From an uncultured Solirubrobacterales bacterium (GTDB lineage Bacteria > Actinomycetota > Thermoleophilia > Solirubrobacterales > JBBDJG01), in contig CAVYJN010000006.1 of the NCBI GenBank assembly GCA_963768885.1, forward strand, positions 757,785 to 821,784: a stretch of DNA of 64,000 nt, written 5' to 3'. The translations under genes were made by a program, and so were the position numbers. The notes below the pieces were generated by a model. That model was given only the letters and a program-made list of their open reading frames with translations, was not told where the DNA came from and did no database searches. Positions 1 through 10,911 of this stretch are shown here, piece after piece; the stretch's first letter is position 1, and each line of letters begins with the position of its first letter.

Positions 1-1957
1 CAGGACGAGTGCGGCCAGCAGGATCGGCACGGCGGCCAGCAAGGGAGACCACCACAGCCCCGCGACGGACAGGGCCGCGAGCGCGGCGAGCGCGAGATGC
101 CACTCCGGCCGGGCGGCCATCGACGAGAGGGCACCCGGGGAGGGCCCGTACAGCGCCTGGAACGGCTGCGAGCCCCAGGTCCCGTAGTACACGCGCCAGC
201 GGCCGAGCGCGGCGGACAAACCGTGGCCGTAGAGCCTTCCCAGCCAGCGCGCGTGGCCGTCGGGACCGTAGCGCTCGGGCCACTTGCGCTCGAGCAGCGC
301 CTCGGCCGCGCCGTAGCCGCGCTGCTGGCGAACAAACGCGCGCACCGACCCGCGCCGCTCGTGCCAGACGAGGGCCGCGGGGCTGAAGCCGAGCGAGTGC
401 CCGGCGTCGCGCAGCCGCCAGCAGATGTCGACATCGTCTCCGGCGACCCGGAACTGGGGGTCGAAGCCGCCGATCGCCGCGAGGCTCCGCTTCACGAAGG
501 CCATGTTGCATCCGGGTATGTGCTCGGCCTCCCGGTCGGAGAGCAGGACGTGAATCGGTCCTCCGGGCGATTCCCCGACGCAGCGCCCGACGGTGTCCTG
601 GTCGGCGGGAGGGAGGTTGGGGCCGCCCGCGCCCGCGAACCCGTGGTCCTGCATCGTGGCGACGAGGTATCGCAGCCAGTGGCGGTCGGGGTGGGCGTCG
701 TCGTCGAGATAGGCGACGATCTCGCCGGTCGCGGCGCGCATGCCGGTGTTCCGCGCGTTGGCGAGGCCGCGGTTGGGCGTCGAGATCAGGCGGCACGCAT
801 GCCGGGCCGCGATCGCGGCGCTCTCGTCGGTCGAGCCGTCGTCCACGACGATCACCTCGAGGTCGGGATAGTCGAGCCGCTCGACCTCCGCGAGGCAGCG
901 CTCGAGCGTGCGTGCCCCGTTGTAGGTGCACACCACGACGCTCACGCGCGGCCAGCGCCGCGCCGTCTCGAAGGGTGTCTGGGCGTACGCCGCGCGCACC
1001 GCGGAGAGGGCCGGCTTCGCTTCGCGGTCGCGGCCCGTCAACCCGAAGTCCCAGTCGAGCAGCTCCACGGTTCCGTTCGAGCTTCCGTCCTCCGAGAGGT
1101 GGGAGACATGCCAGTCGTCCGTCCACGCGAACACGAACGTGCCCGCGCAGCCTTCCGCGAATGCGCCCCGGATCTGCCATTCGAGCGCCTCGGCCTGGCG
1201 CTGCTCGCCCTGCGCGCGGCTGTCGAGACCGAGCTCGGCCATCACCAGCGGCCGGTCTCCCGCGAGGTTCTGCAGCCTTGCCAGGTAGGCGTCGTAGGTG
1301 TCGGGCGACTCCAGGTAGACGTTGAAGCACGCGAGATCGGCGGTGGGTGTCTGGAGGTACTCGGTGGTCGGATAGTTGACGTAGGTGACGAGGCCCTCGG
1401 GGTCCTCGGATCGCGCTGCACGCAGCAGGCGCTCGACGAACCGCTCGACCCGCCGCGGCCCGATCCAGCGCACGACCCGTGCGGGGATCTCGTTGGCGAT
1501 CGTGTGGCACAGCAGCGCCGGATGTCCGGCGCAGGCGGCGACGTCGGCGCGCACGCGGCGCTCGATCGAGTTGGCGCGCCCTCTGTCGGCGAGGAAGTCG
1601 ACATGCTGCTCCCACGCGGTGCCCGCCATGACCCAGATGCCGTGCTCGAGCGCCAGGTCGAGCAGCCAGCGCGGCGGGCGTGTGTAGGTGCGCACCGCGT
1701 TGATCCCGTTCGCCGCCATGTCGCATGAAGTCCGCGCGCACGACGTCCGCCGACGGAAACTGGTGACCGTGCTCGGCGCGCGCGAACGTCCCGTAGGTGA
1801 CCCCGCGCAGATACAGCTTGTCCTCGCCGAGGTGGATGAACTTCCCGCGGACCTCCGGCCGCGCGCCCGACCGGGGGCGGGCCCGGAGGTCGGGTTGGGT
1901 GGCCGCGCGGAACTCGGCGCGGCGCGCGACCGTGCTGCGGCCGATCGTGGCGCTCAT
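1..1957 (-). pseudogene. Large fusion protein: TIM-barrel glycoside-hydrolase-like domain, then a family-2 glycosyltransferase domain, then a C-terminal TM segment. The 3' end runs off the window. One frame break as sequenced at ~1720-1728.
   Basis: Manual minus-strand translation from the ATG at 1957 gives ...KFIHLGEDKLYLRGVTYGTFA...VRADF. One base out of frame it continues MAANGINAVRTYTRPPRWLLDLALEHGIWVMAG...NEIP...FNVYLE...FVFAWTDDW (GH-like). Next comes RVSVVVCTYNGARTLERCL...VIVVDDGSTDES...AYLDDDAHPD (GT2). WHLALAALAALSVAGLWWSPLLAAVPILLAALVL (TM) lies at the left edge. It is absent from the ORF track because there is no stop inside the window. Confidence 0.7.
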
Positions 1958-2087
1958 CGGACGCGCACGCGTACGCCCGGACAATCCATCGTCCCGGCGG
2001 CGCCCTGCCCCGCGTGCTGCCCACAGACCATCCGTGCCTCGGGTAAGACCCTAACGCAAGCAGGGCTTTCTTTCGCGCTGAATTGCA

Positions 2088-3165
2088 TTACAGGTACCGG
2101 TACGCGAGCGTCGCGCCCACGCGCGTGAGCTGGACCGGCGTGTGCCGCCACGCTTTCGCGACGAGGCCCTCTGCGCCCTGCTCGACCTCGTAGGAGGCGG
2201 CCGCCATCGACTCGGCCCGCGAGGGCGCACCGCCGGCGCGCCAGGTGTAGCGGTAGTTGGGCACCGGCTCGGCCCACTGCGACTTGAAGCGTCCGAGCGA
2301 CGTGGTGGGCGACGCCTCGCCGAAGTCGAAGCGCCGCCGGCCGTGCTCGGCGCTCCAGCGGATCATGTTCCAGTACAGCGCGTGGTTCGGCCGCAGGTCG
2401 AGCATGCCGTCGTCGGATCCGTTGTAGATCAGCTCCACCGTGCCGGCGAACACGTGGAAGACGCCGCCCGCGCCGATCCGGCCGTCGCGCTCCACGAGGA
2501 ACAGGCGGAACTCGCCGGGGCCGAGCAGGTCGCGCGTGAGCTCCATCTGGCGCAGGCTGCGCGGCAGCGTGCGGTGCTTACGCATCGTGTGCAGGTAGAG
2601 GCGGTAGAAGCGGCGCAGGTCGCGCGCGGACGTCCGCCTCGCGGAACTCGAAGCCCGCCTTGTCCGCCTTCTTGAGGCTGCGGAAGAGGTTGTTCGACGT
2701 CTTGCGCCAGCCGGCGCGCAGCGTGTCCGGGTCCGCGGGCACGTCCACCATCCAGCGCGGCGGAAGCGCGTCGGTGACGAAGTCCGGCAGCTCGGCGGCG
2801 TAGTCGTTGGGGGAGATCACGGCGAGCGTCTTCGCCTCTCCCACCGTGCGCTCGTGGGCCGCGCGGATCAGCCCGACCTCCTGCTCGTGCGTGTCGGCCA
2901 GCGGCCCGCCGGCGGGGAACACCGGCAGCGAGCGCACGCGCGCGTCCGACAGGATGCCCTTCTTGTAGAGCAGCGGCAGCACGCCGCGGATCGCTCCCGC
3001 ATCGTCCTCGAGCGCCAGGCAGCGGGGCTCGAACCTGTAGGACCGCCTGAGGATCTCGGCCCATGCCGCGAGCTGGTAGAGCGTCGCGCGCGGATGCGCG
3101 CGCACGTAGGCGTCCCAGCGCGGGTCGCCGGCGGGACTCACGGCGATCGTGCGCAGCGCGCTCAT
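2088..3165 (-). pseudogene. FemAB-like / GNAT-fold peptidyl- or aminoacyl-transferase family protein (paralog B). One frame break as sequenced at ~2618-2625.
   Basis: The ATG at 3165 overlaps the upstream stop (ATGA, 3162-3165). The protein reads MSALRTIAVSPAGDPRWDAYVRAHP...WRKTSNNLFRSLKKADKAGFEFREADVRA. In the next frame it continues DLRRFYRLYLHTMRKHRTLPRSL...ELIYNGSDDGMLDLRPNHALYWNMIRWSAEHGRRRFDFG...LAYRYL. The break sits in a CG run. Confidence 0.65.
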
Positions 3166-4243
3166 GCGTACCTGTATGCGAGGTGGGCGCCGAGCCGCAG
3201 CAGTGGCGCGGGCATCCACCGCCATGCGAGGTCGACGATGCCGCGCTCGGAGTCCCCGGCCCCGTACCCGACCGCCGCGAGCGACTCCGTGCGTGTCGCC
3301 TCGCCGCCGGCGCGGTAGGTGAGGCGGAAGCGCGCGCGCGGCGTCGCGCCCCATTGCTGCTTGAACGCGGCCAGCGGCGTGTCGGCGTAGGCGCCGCCGA
3401 GGTCGACCCGGCGCAGCCCGTGGTCGCGCGCCCATTCCATGACACCCCAGTACAGGGCGTGGTTCGGCCGCAGCGCGAGCGCGCCGTCGTCGCTGCCGTT
3501 GTAGAGCAGCTCGATCGTGTCGCCCCACACGTGGTAGGCGCCGCCCGCGACGTCGCGGCCTTCGTGGCTGACGAGGAACAGCCGGAACGCCTCGCCCGAG
3601 CGACTCCGCCGCGAGCTGGAGCTGGCGCAGGTTGCGCGGCAGGGACCGGTGCTTCTTCATCGTGCCGACGTACATGCGGTGGAAGCTGCGCAGGTCGCCC
3701 CGGGACGTGCCGAGCCGCAGCGCGAGGCCCGCCTTGTCCGCCTTCTTGAGGCTGCGGAACAGGTTGTTCGAGGTCTTGCGCCAGGTCGCTCGCAGGGCAT
3801 CGAGGTCCTCCGGCACGTCGACGACCCAGCGCGGCAGGATCTCCTCCACGACGAACCCGTCCGGCGGCTCGAGGCGGCGCTCGCCGGTGTTGATGGTCAT
3901 CCCGGCGATCTCGCCGTCAGCGGCGGCGAGGTCGCGCGCGGCCTCGACCAGCTCACGCTCGAGCGCCGGCGTCGTCGGCGAGCGGCCCGCCGTAGGAGAA
4001 GACCGGGATCGACCGCAGCCGCGCGTCGGAGACGAGGCCCTTCTTGCGGAACAGCGGCAGCACCCCCGTCAGCGACCCGCCCCGCTCGAGCGCGAGGTAG
4101 CGCGGCCGGAAGGCGTAGGCGCGCTCGAGGATCCGGGCCCACGCGGCGAGGTGGTAGACCGACCCGTGCGGATGCGCGCGCACGTAGGGGTCCCAGCGCG
4201 CGTCGGTTGTGGGGTCCACCTCGGGCAAGCTCACGTCAAGCAT
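3162..4243 (-). pseudogene. FemAB-like / GNAT-fold transferase family protein (paralog A). Two frame breaks as sequenced (~3966-3972 and ~3591-3600).
   Basis: Three ORF-track pieces (3953-4243, the start of 2578-3900, and 3162-3530) join into one protein colinear with paralog B. It reads MLDVSLPEVDPTTDARWDPYVRAHP...GGPLADD | ALERELVEAARDL...WRKTSNNLFRSLKKADKAG...MKKHRSLPRNLRQLQLAAESLG | EAFRLFLVSHEG...ELLYNGSDDGALALRPNHALYWGVMEWARDHGLRRVDLG. Confidence 0.65.
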
Positions 4244-4298
4244 ATGGTCGGCCCGCTGGGGCTTCGGGCTGAAAACCGGCCGCTAAGCTGCGCGGCCG

Positions 4299-5734
4299 AT
4301 GTCGTGGCGTGAAGGAATCGTCTACCAGATCTATCCGCGCTCCTTCCAGGACTCGGACGGCGACGGGGTGGGCGACCTTCCGGGCATCACGGCCCGCCTC
4401 GACCACCTCGCGTGGCTCGGCGTCGACGCGCTGTGGGTGTCGCCGTTCTATCCCTCGCCGCTGGCCGACTTCGGCTACGACGTCTCCGACTACACGGACG
4501 TCGACCCGATGTTCGGCTCGCTGCCGGACTTCGACCGGCTGACCGCGGCGGCGCACGCGCGCGGCCTGAAGGTGCTGGTCGACCTGGTCGCGTGCCACAC
4601 CTCCATCCAGCACGCCTGGTTCCGCGACCATCCCGGAGTGGTACATCTGGGCCCGGGGCGAGCGGCCGCCGAACAACTGGACGTCGGCGTTCGGCGGCCC
4701 GGCGTGGACGCGGTTCGACGGCGACCGCTGGTACCTGCACTCGTTCTATCCCGAGCAGCCCGACCTCGACTGGCGCAACCCGGAGGTCGTGGCCGCGATG
4801 CAGGAGGTCGTCCGGTTCTGGGTCGCGCGCGGCGCGGACGGCTTCCGGCTCGACGCGATCGACCGCCTCGCGAAGGACCCGCAGATGCGCGACGACCCCC
4901 CGTCGGACGAGCCCTTCGGGCTCCCCCTGCTGGACCACGAGCGCGGGCGCGACTTCCGTCATTCGCGCAACGCCGCGTGGATCGGCGAGGCGCTCGCGGC
5001 GATCCGCGAGGCCGCGGGCGACGCGCTGCTGATCGGCGAGGTGTACCTCCCGGCGCACAAGCACGCGCCCTACCTCGAGCACCTGGACCGCGCGTTCGTC
5101 TTCGAGCTGATCCAGTCGCCCTGGGAGCCACGGGCGCTGCGGGACGCGGTCGCCGCGGGTGCGGCGGTCGAGGGGCGCAGCGGCCCGGGCGCGACCTGGG
5201 CGCTGTCGAACCACGACTTCGGGCGCTTTCCGACGCGCTTCGGGCGGCGCAACGAGCGCGCCGCAGCGCTGCTGCTGATGACCCTGCCGGGCACCGCGTG
5301 CATCTACCAGGGCGACGAGATCGGCCAGGGGATCGGCCCCGGCGGTGACCCGCCGTACGACCGCGTCGGTCGCGACGTCTTCCGCCACCCGATGCAATGG
5401 GACGCGACGCCGCGCGGCGGGTTCAGCGCGGCGCAGCCCTGGCTGCCCGTGGTCGATCCCGCCGAGCGCAACGTCGCCGACCAGCGCGAGGACCCCGGCT
5501 CGCTGCTGTCGTTCTGGCGCGAGCTGATCGCGCTGCGGAAGGGGCTCGGGCCGGGCTTTCGCATGCTGGACGGCGAGCCCGGGCGTGGTCACGTACGAGC
5601 GCGGCGACGTGCTGGTCGCGATCAACGCGGGCGACGAGCCCGTGGCTGTCCCGCGCGGGCAGGTCGTGCTCGCGACGTCGCCGGGCGCAGGCGTGCTCGC
5701 ACCGGGCGACGGCGTACTGGTCAAGCCCGCCTGA
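4299..5734 (+). pseudogene. GH13 alpha-glucosidase / oligo-1,6-glucosidase family enzyme. Two frame breaks as sequenced (~4632-4636 and ~5578-5584).
   Basis: The protein starts MSWREGIVYQIYPRSFQDSDGDGVGDLPGITARLDHLAWLGVDALWVSPFYPSP..DFGYDVSDY...LVDLVACHTSIQHAWF. In the next frame it continues EWYIWARGERPPNNWTSAFGGPAW...GADGFRLDAIDRL...LIGEVY...LSNHDF...IYQGDEIG. The third frame holds the C-terminus VVTYERGDVLVAINAGDEPVAV...LVKPA and the stop at 5732-5734. Confidence 0.8.
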
Positions 5735-5783
5735 GTGCGTTAGAAACGCGCGTGTCGGGTACTAGTTGCCCGAGAGGAGAGGG

Positions 5784-7038
5784 ATGGGAAAGGTCGCGAT
5801 CACGATCGGGGTCGCACTCGCCGCCCTACTGGGCACCGGCTGCGGGAGCGACGAGAGCTCAGGGGGGTCTCGGACCCTCAACTGGTACGTGTTCGCCGAG
5901 CCCTCCGGCGCGTTCCAGCGAGGCGGCCGACAACTGCACCAAGCAGTCGGGCGGGCGCTACAAGGTCGAGATCGTCGATCTTCCGACGAACGCCGACCAG
6001 CAGCGGGAGCTGGTGGTGCGGCGCCTCGCCGCCGAGGACGACGACATCGACATCATCGGCATGGACGTGATCTGGACCGCCGAGTTCGCGGAGGCGGAGT
6101 GGATCAAGCAGATCGCGGGCAGCGCCCGCGATCGCGCGGAGCGGGGCGTGCTGCCCGGGCCCGCTCGAGACCGCGAAGTACAAGGGCCGCCTGTGGACGA
6201 TCCCGTTCACCACGCAACACGCAGCTGCTGTGGTACCGCAAGGACCTCGTGAAGCAGGTCCCCAAGACCTGGGACGAGATGATCGACGAGGCCGAGCGGC
6301 TGAACACCACGATCCAGGTCCAGGCCGCGCGCTACGAGGGCCTGGTCGTGTGGTTCAACTCGCTGGTCGCATCGGCCGGCGGCGAGATCGTCAACGCCGC
6401 CGGGAAGCCGGTGCTCGGGCCGCCCGCCGTGCAGGCGGCGGAGGTGATGAAGAAGCTCGCGACCTCCTCCGCGGCGCCGCCCGCCCTGACCAACAACCGG
6501 GAGGACCAGGCACGCCTCGGGTTCGAGTCGGGGGCGTCCGCCTTCCAGGTGAACTACACCTTCGTGTACGCGAGCGCGAAGACCGGCGCCGAGACGAATC
6601 CCGAGATCAAGAAGATCTTCGACAACATGGGCTGGGCGCGCTGGCCGGGCGTCGACCCGGGCAAGCCCAGCCGCGTCACGCTCGGCGGCATCAACCTCGG
6701 GATCGGCGCCTTCTCCAAGAACCCGGACCTCGCCACCGAGGCGGCCATCTGCCTGGCGCAGCCCGACAACCAGGTGATCGCGGCGGAGAAGGGCGGCCTG
6801 CCGCCGACCAACAGCGCGCTCTACGAGACCGAGAAGATCAAGAAGGCCTTCCCGTTCGCCCAACTGCTGCGCGACACGCTCGCGGACGGTGTCCCGCGCC
6901 CCGTGACTCCCGCCTACAGCGACATCTCGCTCGCGATCCAGCAGACCCTGCACCCGCCGCAGGACATCGATCCGCAGAAGACGATCGACGACCTCAAGAG
7001 CAACATCGACACGGTCTCCGAACGGGGGGATCTTCTGA
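5784..7038 (+). pseudogene. Sugar ABC transporter substrate-binding lipoprotein (family 1 SBP). About four frame breaks as sequenced (~5919, ~6160, ~6210, and the G6 run at 7024-7029).
   Basis: The ATG at 5784 follows GAGAGGAGAGGG. The signal and lipobox read [22 protein letters not shown]. The frame steps 0 -> 1 -> 2 -> 0 through ...[57 protein letters not shown]..., [17 protein letters not shown] and [12 protein letters not shown].... A natural stop (TGA 7036-7038, overlapping the next ATG as TGATG) is reached only if the G6 run is one base shorter. Confidence 0.7.
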
Positions 7039-7983
7039 TGGCGGCCCAGGCCCCGGCGACTCCGGTGCCGGTCCCGAAGACCGGCGGGCGCAAGCGCCTC
7101 ACGGAGCGCGCGCGCTCGGAGCGGCGGCTCGCGTACATGCTGTGCGCGCCGGCCGTGCTCGCGATGATGGTGGTGACCGGATATCCGATCGTCTACGCGA
7201 TCATCCTCTCGCTGCAGCGCTACGACCTCCGCTTCCCGGACGAGCGGGAGTTCGTGGGGCTGTCCAACTACGGCGAGGTGCTGTCCTCGACCACGTGGTG
7301 GATGGACCTGTCGAACACGATGATCGTGATGGTGTTCTCGGTGGGCATCGAGCTGGTGCTCGGCATGGCGATCGCGCTCGTGATGCACCGCGCGATCTGG
7401 GGCCGCGGCCCCGTGCGCGCCTCGATCCTGATCCCGTACGGAATCGTGACGGTGGTCGCCGCGTTCGCGTGGCGCTACGCGTTCGATCCGACCACGGGTT
7501 TCGTCGCCGGGCTCGGCCCGATCAGCGAGACCTGGGCGCCGCTGACCGAGCGCGCGGGCTCGTTCTTCGTGATCATCAGCACCGAGGTCTGGAAGACCAC
7601 GCCGTTCATGGCGCTGCTGCTGCTGGCGGGCCTGGCGCTCGTCCCCGACGAGCTGCACGAGGCGGCGAAGGTCGACGGCGCGAGCGCCGTGCAGCGCTTC
7701 TTCCGCATCACGCTGCCGTTGATGAAGCCGGCGATCGTGGTGGCGCTGCTGTTCCGCTCGCTCGACGCCTTCCGGATCTTCGACACGATCTTCATCCAGA
7801 CGGCGGGAGCGAACGACACCGAGTCGGTCTCGATCCTGGGCTACAACCAGCTGATCAACAGGGTGAACCTCGGCCTCGGGTCGGCGGTCTCCGTGCTGAT
7901 CTTCGTCTGCGTGATCATCCTCGCGGTCGCTGTTCATCAAGGGCCTCGGCGCCTCGACCGCCCAGCAGAGGGGAGAGCGATGA
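7038..7983 (+). pseudogene. Sugar ABC transporter permease (MalF/UgpA type). One frame break near the 3' end (~7928-7934).
   Basis: The multi-TM sequence carries the EAA loop [28 protein letters not shown]. The expected C-terminus [16 protein letters not shown], with a stop at 7981-7983 (ATGA overlap with the next gene), lies one base out of frame. Confidence 0.75.
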
Positions 7984-8810
7984 CGACGACGGCGCGCGAG
8001 CGCATCCTCTGGACGATCGTGATCCTCGTGGTCGTGTTCTACGCGTTGCTGCCGGTGCTGTGGATCCTCTCGCTCTCGTTCAAGGACCCGGCGACGATCG
8101 GCGACGGGCACTTCCTCCCGCAGACCTGGTCGCTCGACAACTACGACAAGCTGTTCCAGACCGACGCGTTCACCTACGCGCTGCGGAACTCGATCGGCAT
8201 CGCGGCGATCGCGACGCTGATCTCGATCTTCCTCGGCTCGATGACCGCGTACGCGATCGCGCGCCTCGACTTCCCCGGCAAGGGAGCGATCCTCGCGGGG
8301 GCGCTGGCGGTCGCGATGTTCCCGCCGATCTCGATCGTCGGATCGCTCTTCGACCTGTGGCGCCAGATCGGCTTCTTCGACACGTGGATCGGGCTGATCA
8401 TCCCGTACATGACGTTCACCCTGCCGCTCGCGATCTACACGCTGTCCGCGTTCTTCCGCGAGATCCCCTGGGAGCTGGAGCAGGCGGCGCAGATCGACGG
8501 CGCGACCCCGTGGCAGGCCTACCGCAAGGTGATCATCCCGCTGGCGGCGCCGGGCGTGTTCACGGCCGCGATCCTGACCTTCATCTTCGCGTGGAACGAC
8601 TTCCTGTTCGCGAACACGCTGACCTCGACCGACCGGGCGCGCACCGTGCCCGCGACGCTCGCGTTCTTCACGGGCGGGTCGCAGTTCGAGGACCCGACCG
8701 GCGTGATCTCGGCGGCGGCGGTCGTGGTCACGATCCCGATCATCATCATGGTGTTGATATTCCAGCGGCGCATCGTGGCGGGGCTTACCGCCGGCGCAGT
8801 GAAGGGTTAG
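7980..8810 (+). CDS. Sugar ABC transporter permease (MalG/UgpE type)
   Basis: [30 protein letters not shown]...; EAA loop [27 protein letters not shown]. The ATG overlaps the upstream stop. Confidence 0.85.
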   Translation: MTTTARERILWTIVILVVVFYALLPVLWILSLSFKDPATIGDGHFLPQTWSLDNYDKLFQTDAFTYALRNSIGIAAIATLISIFLGSMTAYAIARLDFPGKGAILAGALAVAMFPPISIVGSLFDLWRQIGFFDTWIGLIIPYMTFTLPLAIYTLSAFFREIPWELEQAAQIDGATPWQAYRKVIIPLAAPGVFTAAILTFIFAWNDFLFANTLTSTDRARTVPATLAFFTGGSQFEDPTGVISAAAVVVTIPIIIMVLIFQRRIVAGLTAGAVKG

Positions 8811-8822
8811 GGGGCTCGCAAT

Positions 8823-10005
8823 ATGGCCGACATCGTCTTGGACCACATCACGAAGCGCTACGGCGACGGATACGAGGCCGTCAAGGACATGAACCTCGAG
8901 ATCAAGGACGGCGAGTTCGTGATCCTGGTGGGGCCGTCGGGCTGCGGCAAGTCCACCGCGCTGCGCATGATCGCCGGGCTCGAGGACATCACCGAGGGCG
9001 AGCTGAAGATCGGCGGGCAGGTCGTGAACGAGCGCGCTCCGAAGGACCGCGACATCGCGATGGTGTTCCAGAACTACGCCCTGTACCCGCACATGAGCGT
9101 GCGCGAGAACATGGGCTTCGCGCTGAAGCTCGCGAAGGCGCCCAAGGAGGAGATCACCGCGAAGGTCGAGGAGGCGGCGCGCGTGCTCGACCTCACGGAG
9201 CACCTCGATCGCAAGCCGGGACAGTTGTCGGGAGGTCAGCGACAGCGGGTGGCGATGGGCCGCGCGATCGTGCGCGAGCCGTCCGCCTTCCTGATGGACG
9301 AGCCGCTGTCGAACCTCGACGCGAAGCTGCGCGTGCAGATGCGCACCGAGGTGGCGCGCCTGCAGTCGCGGCTCGGCACCACGACGGTCTACGTCACCCA
9401 CGACCAGACCGAGGCGATGACGCTCGGCGACCGCGTCGCGGTGATGCGCGCCGGGGCGCTGCAGCAGGTCGGGTCGCCGTCCGAGCTCTACAACAACCCG
9501 CAGAACCTGTTCGTCGCGGGTTTCATCGGGTCGCCGGCGATGAACTTCATGCCGGCGCAGATCGACGGCGACCGGGTCAAGCTGCCGTTCGGCGAGGTCA
9601 CCCTGGACGGGGATGCGCGCGAGCGGCTGGGACGCGCCGACGGCGCGCGTTCGGTGATCGCCGGCATCCGGCCGGAGAGCTTCGAGGATGCGACCCTCGT
9701 GGGCGACGCGCGCGATCGCGGCTCGACCTTCGTCACGAAGATCGACGTCGTCGAGTCGATGGGATCGGAGCTGTACGCCTACTTCACCGTCGAAGGGCGA
9801 CCGCCTGGAGTCGCAGGAGCTGCAGGAGCTCGCCGAGGACTCCGGCGCCGGCGAGGTGCCGGGAGCGGGCGGGGAGGGTCAGGTCGTCGCGCGGCTCGAC
9901 GCCGCCAGCAAGGCCCGGCGCGGCCAGGAGTCGGAGCTGTGGGTGGACACCACCAAGCTCCACTTCTTCGACGCCGAGACCGGGAAGAACCTGAGCCGCC
10001 GCTAG
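8823..10005 (+). pseudogene. Sugar ABC transporter ATP-binding protein (MalK/UgpC/MsiK family). One frame break at ~9795-9798.
   Basis: Walker A GPSGCGKST, signature LSGGQRQR, Walker B FLMDEPLSNLD. The C-terminal regulatory domain continues in ORF 9688-10005 (...YFTVEG | DRLESQELQELAED...KLHFFDAETGKNL). Confidence 0.85.
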
Positions 10006-10027
10006 CCTCCCGGCGCGGCGACCGCGG

Positions 10028-10894
10028 TCAGCTCAGCTTCGGCCGGAGCTCCGTGAGGATCCGTTCGCTCCACTCGTGCGTGCGCATCAGCCGGTAGCGC
10101 TCGGACACGACGCGCATGTAGCGGTCGGTCTCGTTGGTGTCGTCCGCGAGGCCCGCCTCGCGCAGCATCTCGACCACCGGTATGTAGTCCTCCCGGTACC
10201 AGGCGTCCGCGACCTCCTCGCGGGTCATCAACTCGCCGCGCGCCTGGATCGCGCGCAGCCCCCAGGCCTCCACGCCCTCGGCCAGGGCCCCGAAGTCCCA
10301 CGGGTCCGCGGGACGCACCCGGCGGCGCGCGTCCTCGCTCAGCGGGACGCGCTCGCGGAACAGGCGCTCGTGGCCCTTGAGCGGCAGGTCGCGTGATCGC
10401 AGCTCGCGATCGAGCGGCACCTTCGTCTCCACCTCCGTCACGAAGGCGTCGATGTGGGTCCGGCCCTGGGCGCGGGCGACCGAGACGCGATGATGCCCGT
10501 CCTTCACGAAGTGCAGCTCGCCGATGCGGTACACGGAGATCGGCGGCATGTCGCCGCCGCGGCGCTGCATCTCGGCGATGCGCTGCCAGCGGCCGCGGAC
10601 GCGGCCCGACGTCGGGCGGAAGCTGCGGTCGAACTCCTTGGAGCGGTCGACGGTCCCGACGATCGAGTCGAGCGCGATCGACTGCAGCCCCCGGCTGCGC
10701 TGCCCCGTGCGCCCGAGCGCCGCGACGACCTCCTCGAACGGCAGGATCAGGTCGAAGTCCGACGGCTCCCGGCGGAGCCTCGCGGTGAGGCGGGCGAGCG
10801 CTCCTTCACGGCGCGCTCTCGAGAAGTCCGTCTGGGCGTCGGAGGCTGGGAACCCCGTGTCCATCCCGCCCAGCTTGCGAAGGCGAGGGCTCAT
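10028..10894 (-). CDS. ParB/Srx-fold (ParB N-terminal domain-like) protein of unknown function
   Basis: This is an intact 288-aa ORF. The motif ISVYRIGELHFVKDGHHRVSVARAQG resembles the ParB/sulfiredoxin DGHHR core. It lies 17 nt downstream of the PAS gene on the same strand. Confidence 0.6.
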   Translation of the reverse strand: MSPRLRKLGGMDTGFPASDAQTDFSRARREGALARLTARLRREPSDFDLILPFEEVVAALGRTGQRSRGLQSIALDSIVGTVDRSKEFDRSFRPTSGRVRGRWQRIAEMQRRGGDMPPISVYRIGELHFVKDGHHRVSVARAQGRTHIDAFVTEVETKVPLDRELRSRDLPLKGHERLFRERVPLSEDARRRVRPADPWDFGALAEGVEAWGLRAIQARGELMTREEVADAWYREDYIPVVEMLREAGLADDTNETDRYMRVVSERYRLMRTHEWSERILTELRPKLS

Positions 10895-10911
10895 CGACAG
10901 AGCCTAGCTCC

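Noticed and set aside
97-1728. 543-aa plus-strand ORF at the left end
   Set aside because: It is antisense to the GH/GT2 fusion gene, whose minus-strand translation carries clear GT2 and glycosidase-like motifs.
5766-5783. TTG start for the solute-binding protein, as given in the ORF track
   Set aside because: The ATG at 5784 lies directly after a GAGAGGAGAGGG Shine-Dalgarno-like stretch and gives a canonical lipoprotein signal. The upstream TTG would place the RBS inside the CDS.
6207-9401. 1,064-aa minus-strand ORF spanning the ABC transporter genes
   Set aside because: It is antisense to four well-supported plus-strand genes. The composition is extremely Arg/Asp/His/Glu/Gly-rich with no recognisable motifs. 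This is a typical open antisense frame in high-GC DNA. The same applies to 6230-9994 (+), an off-frame read of the same genes.
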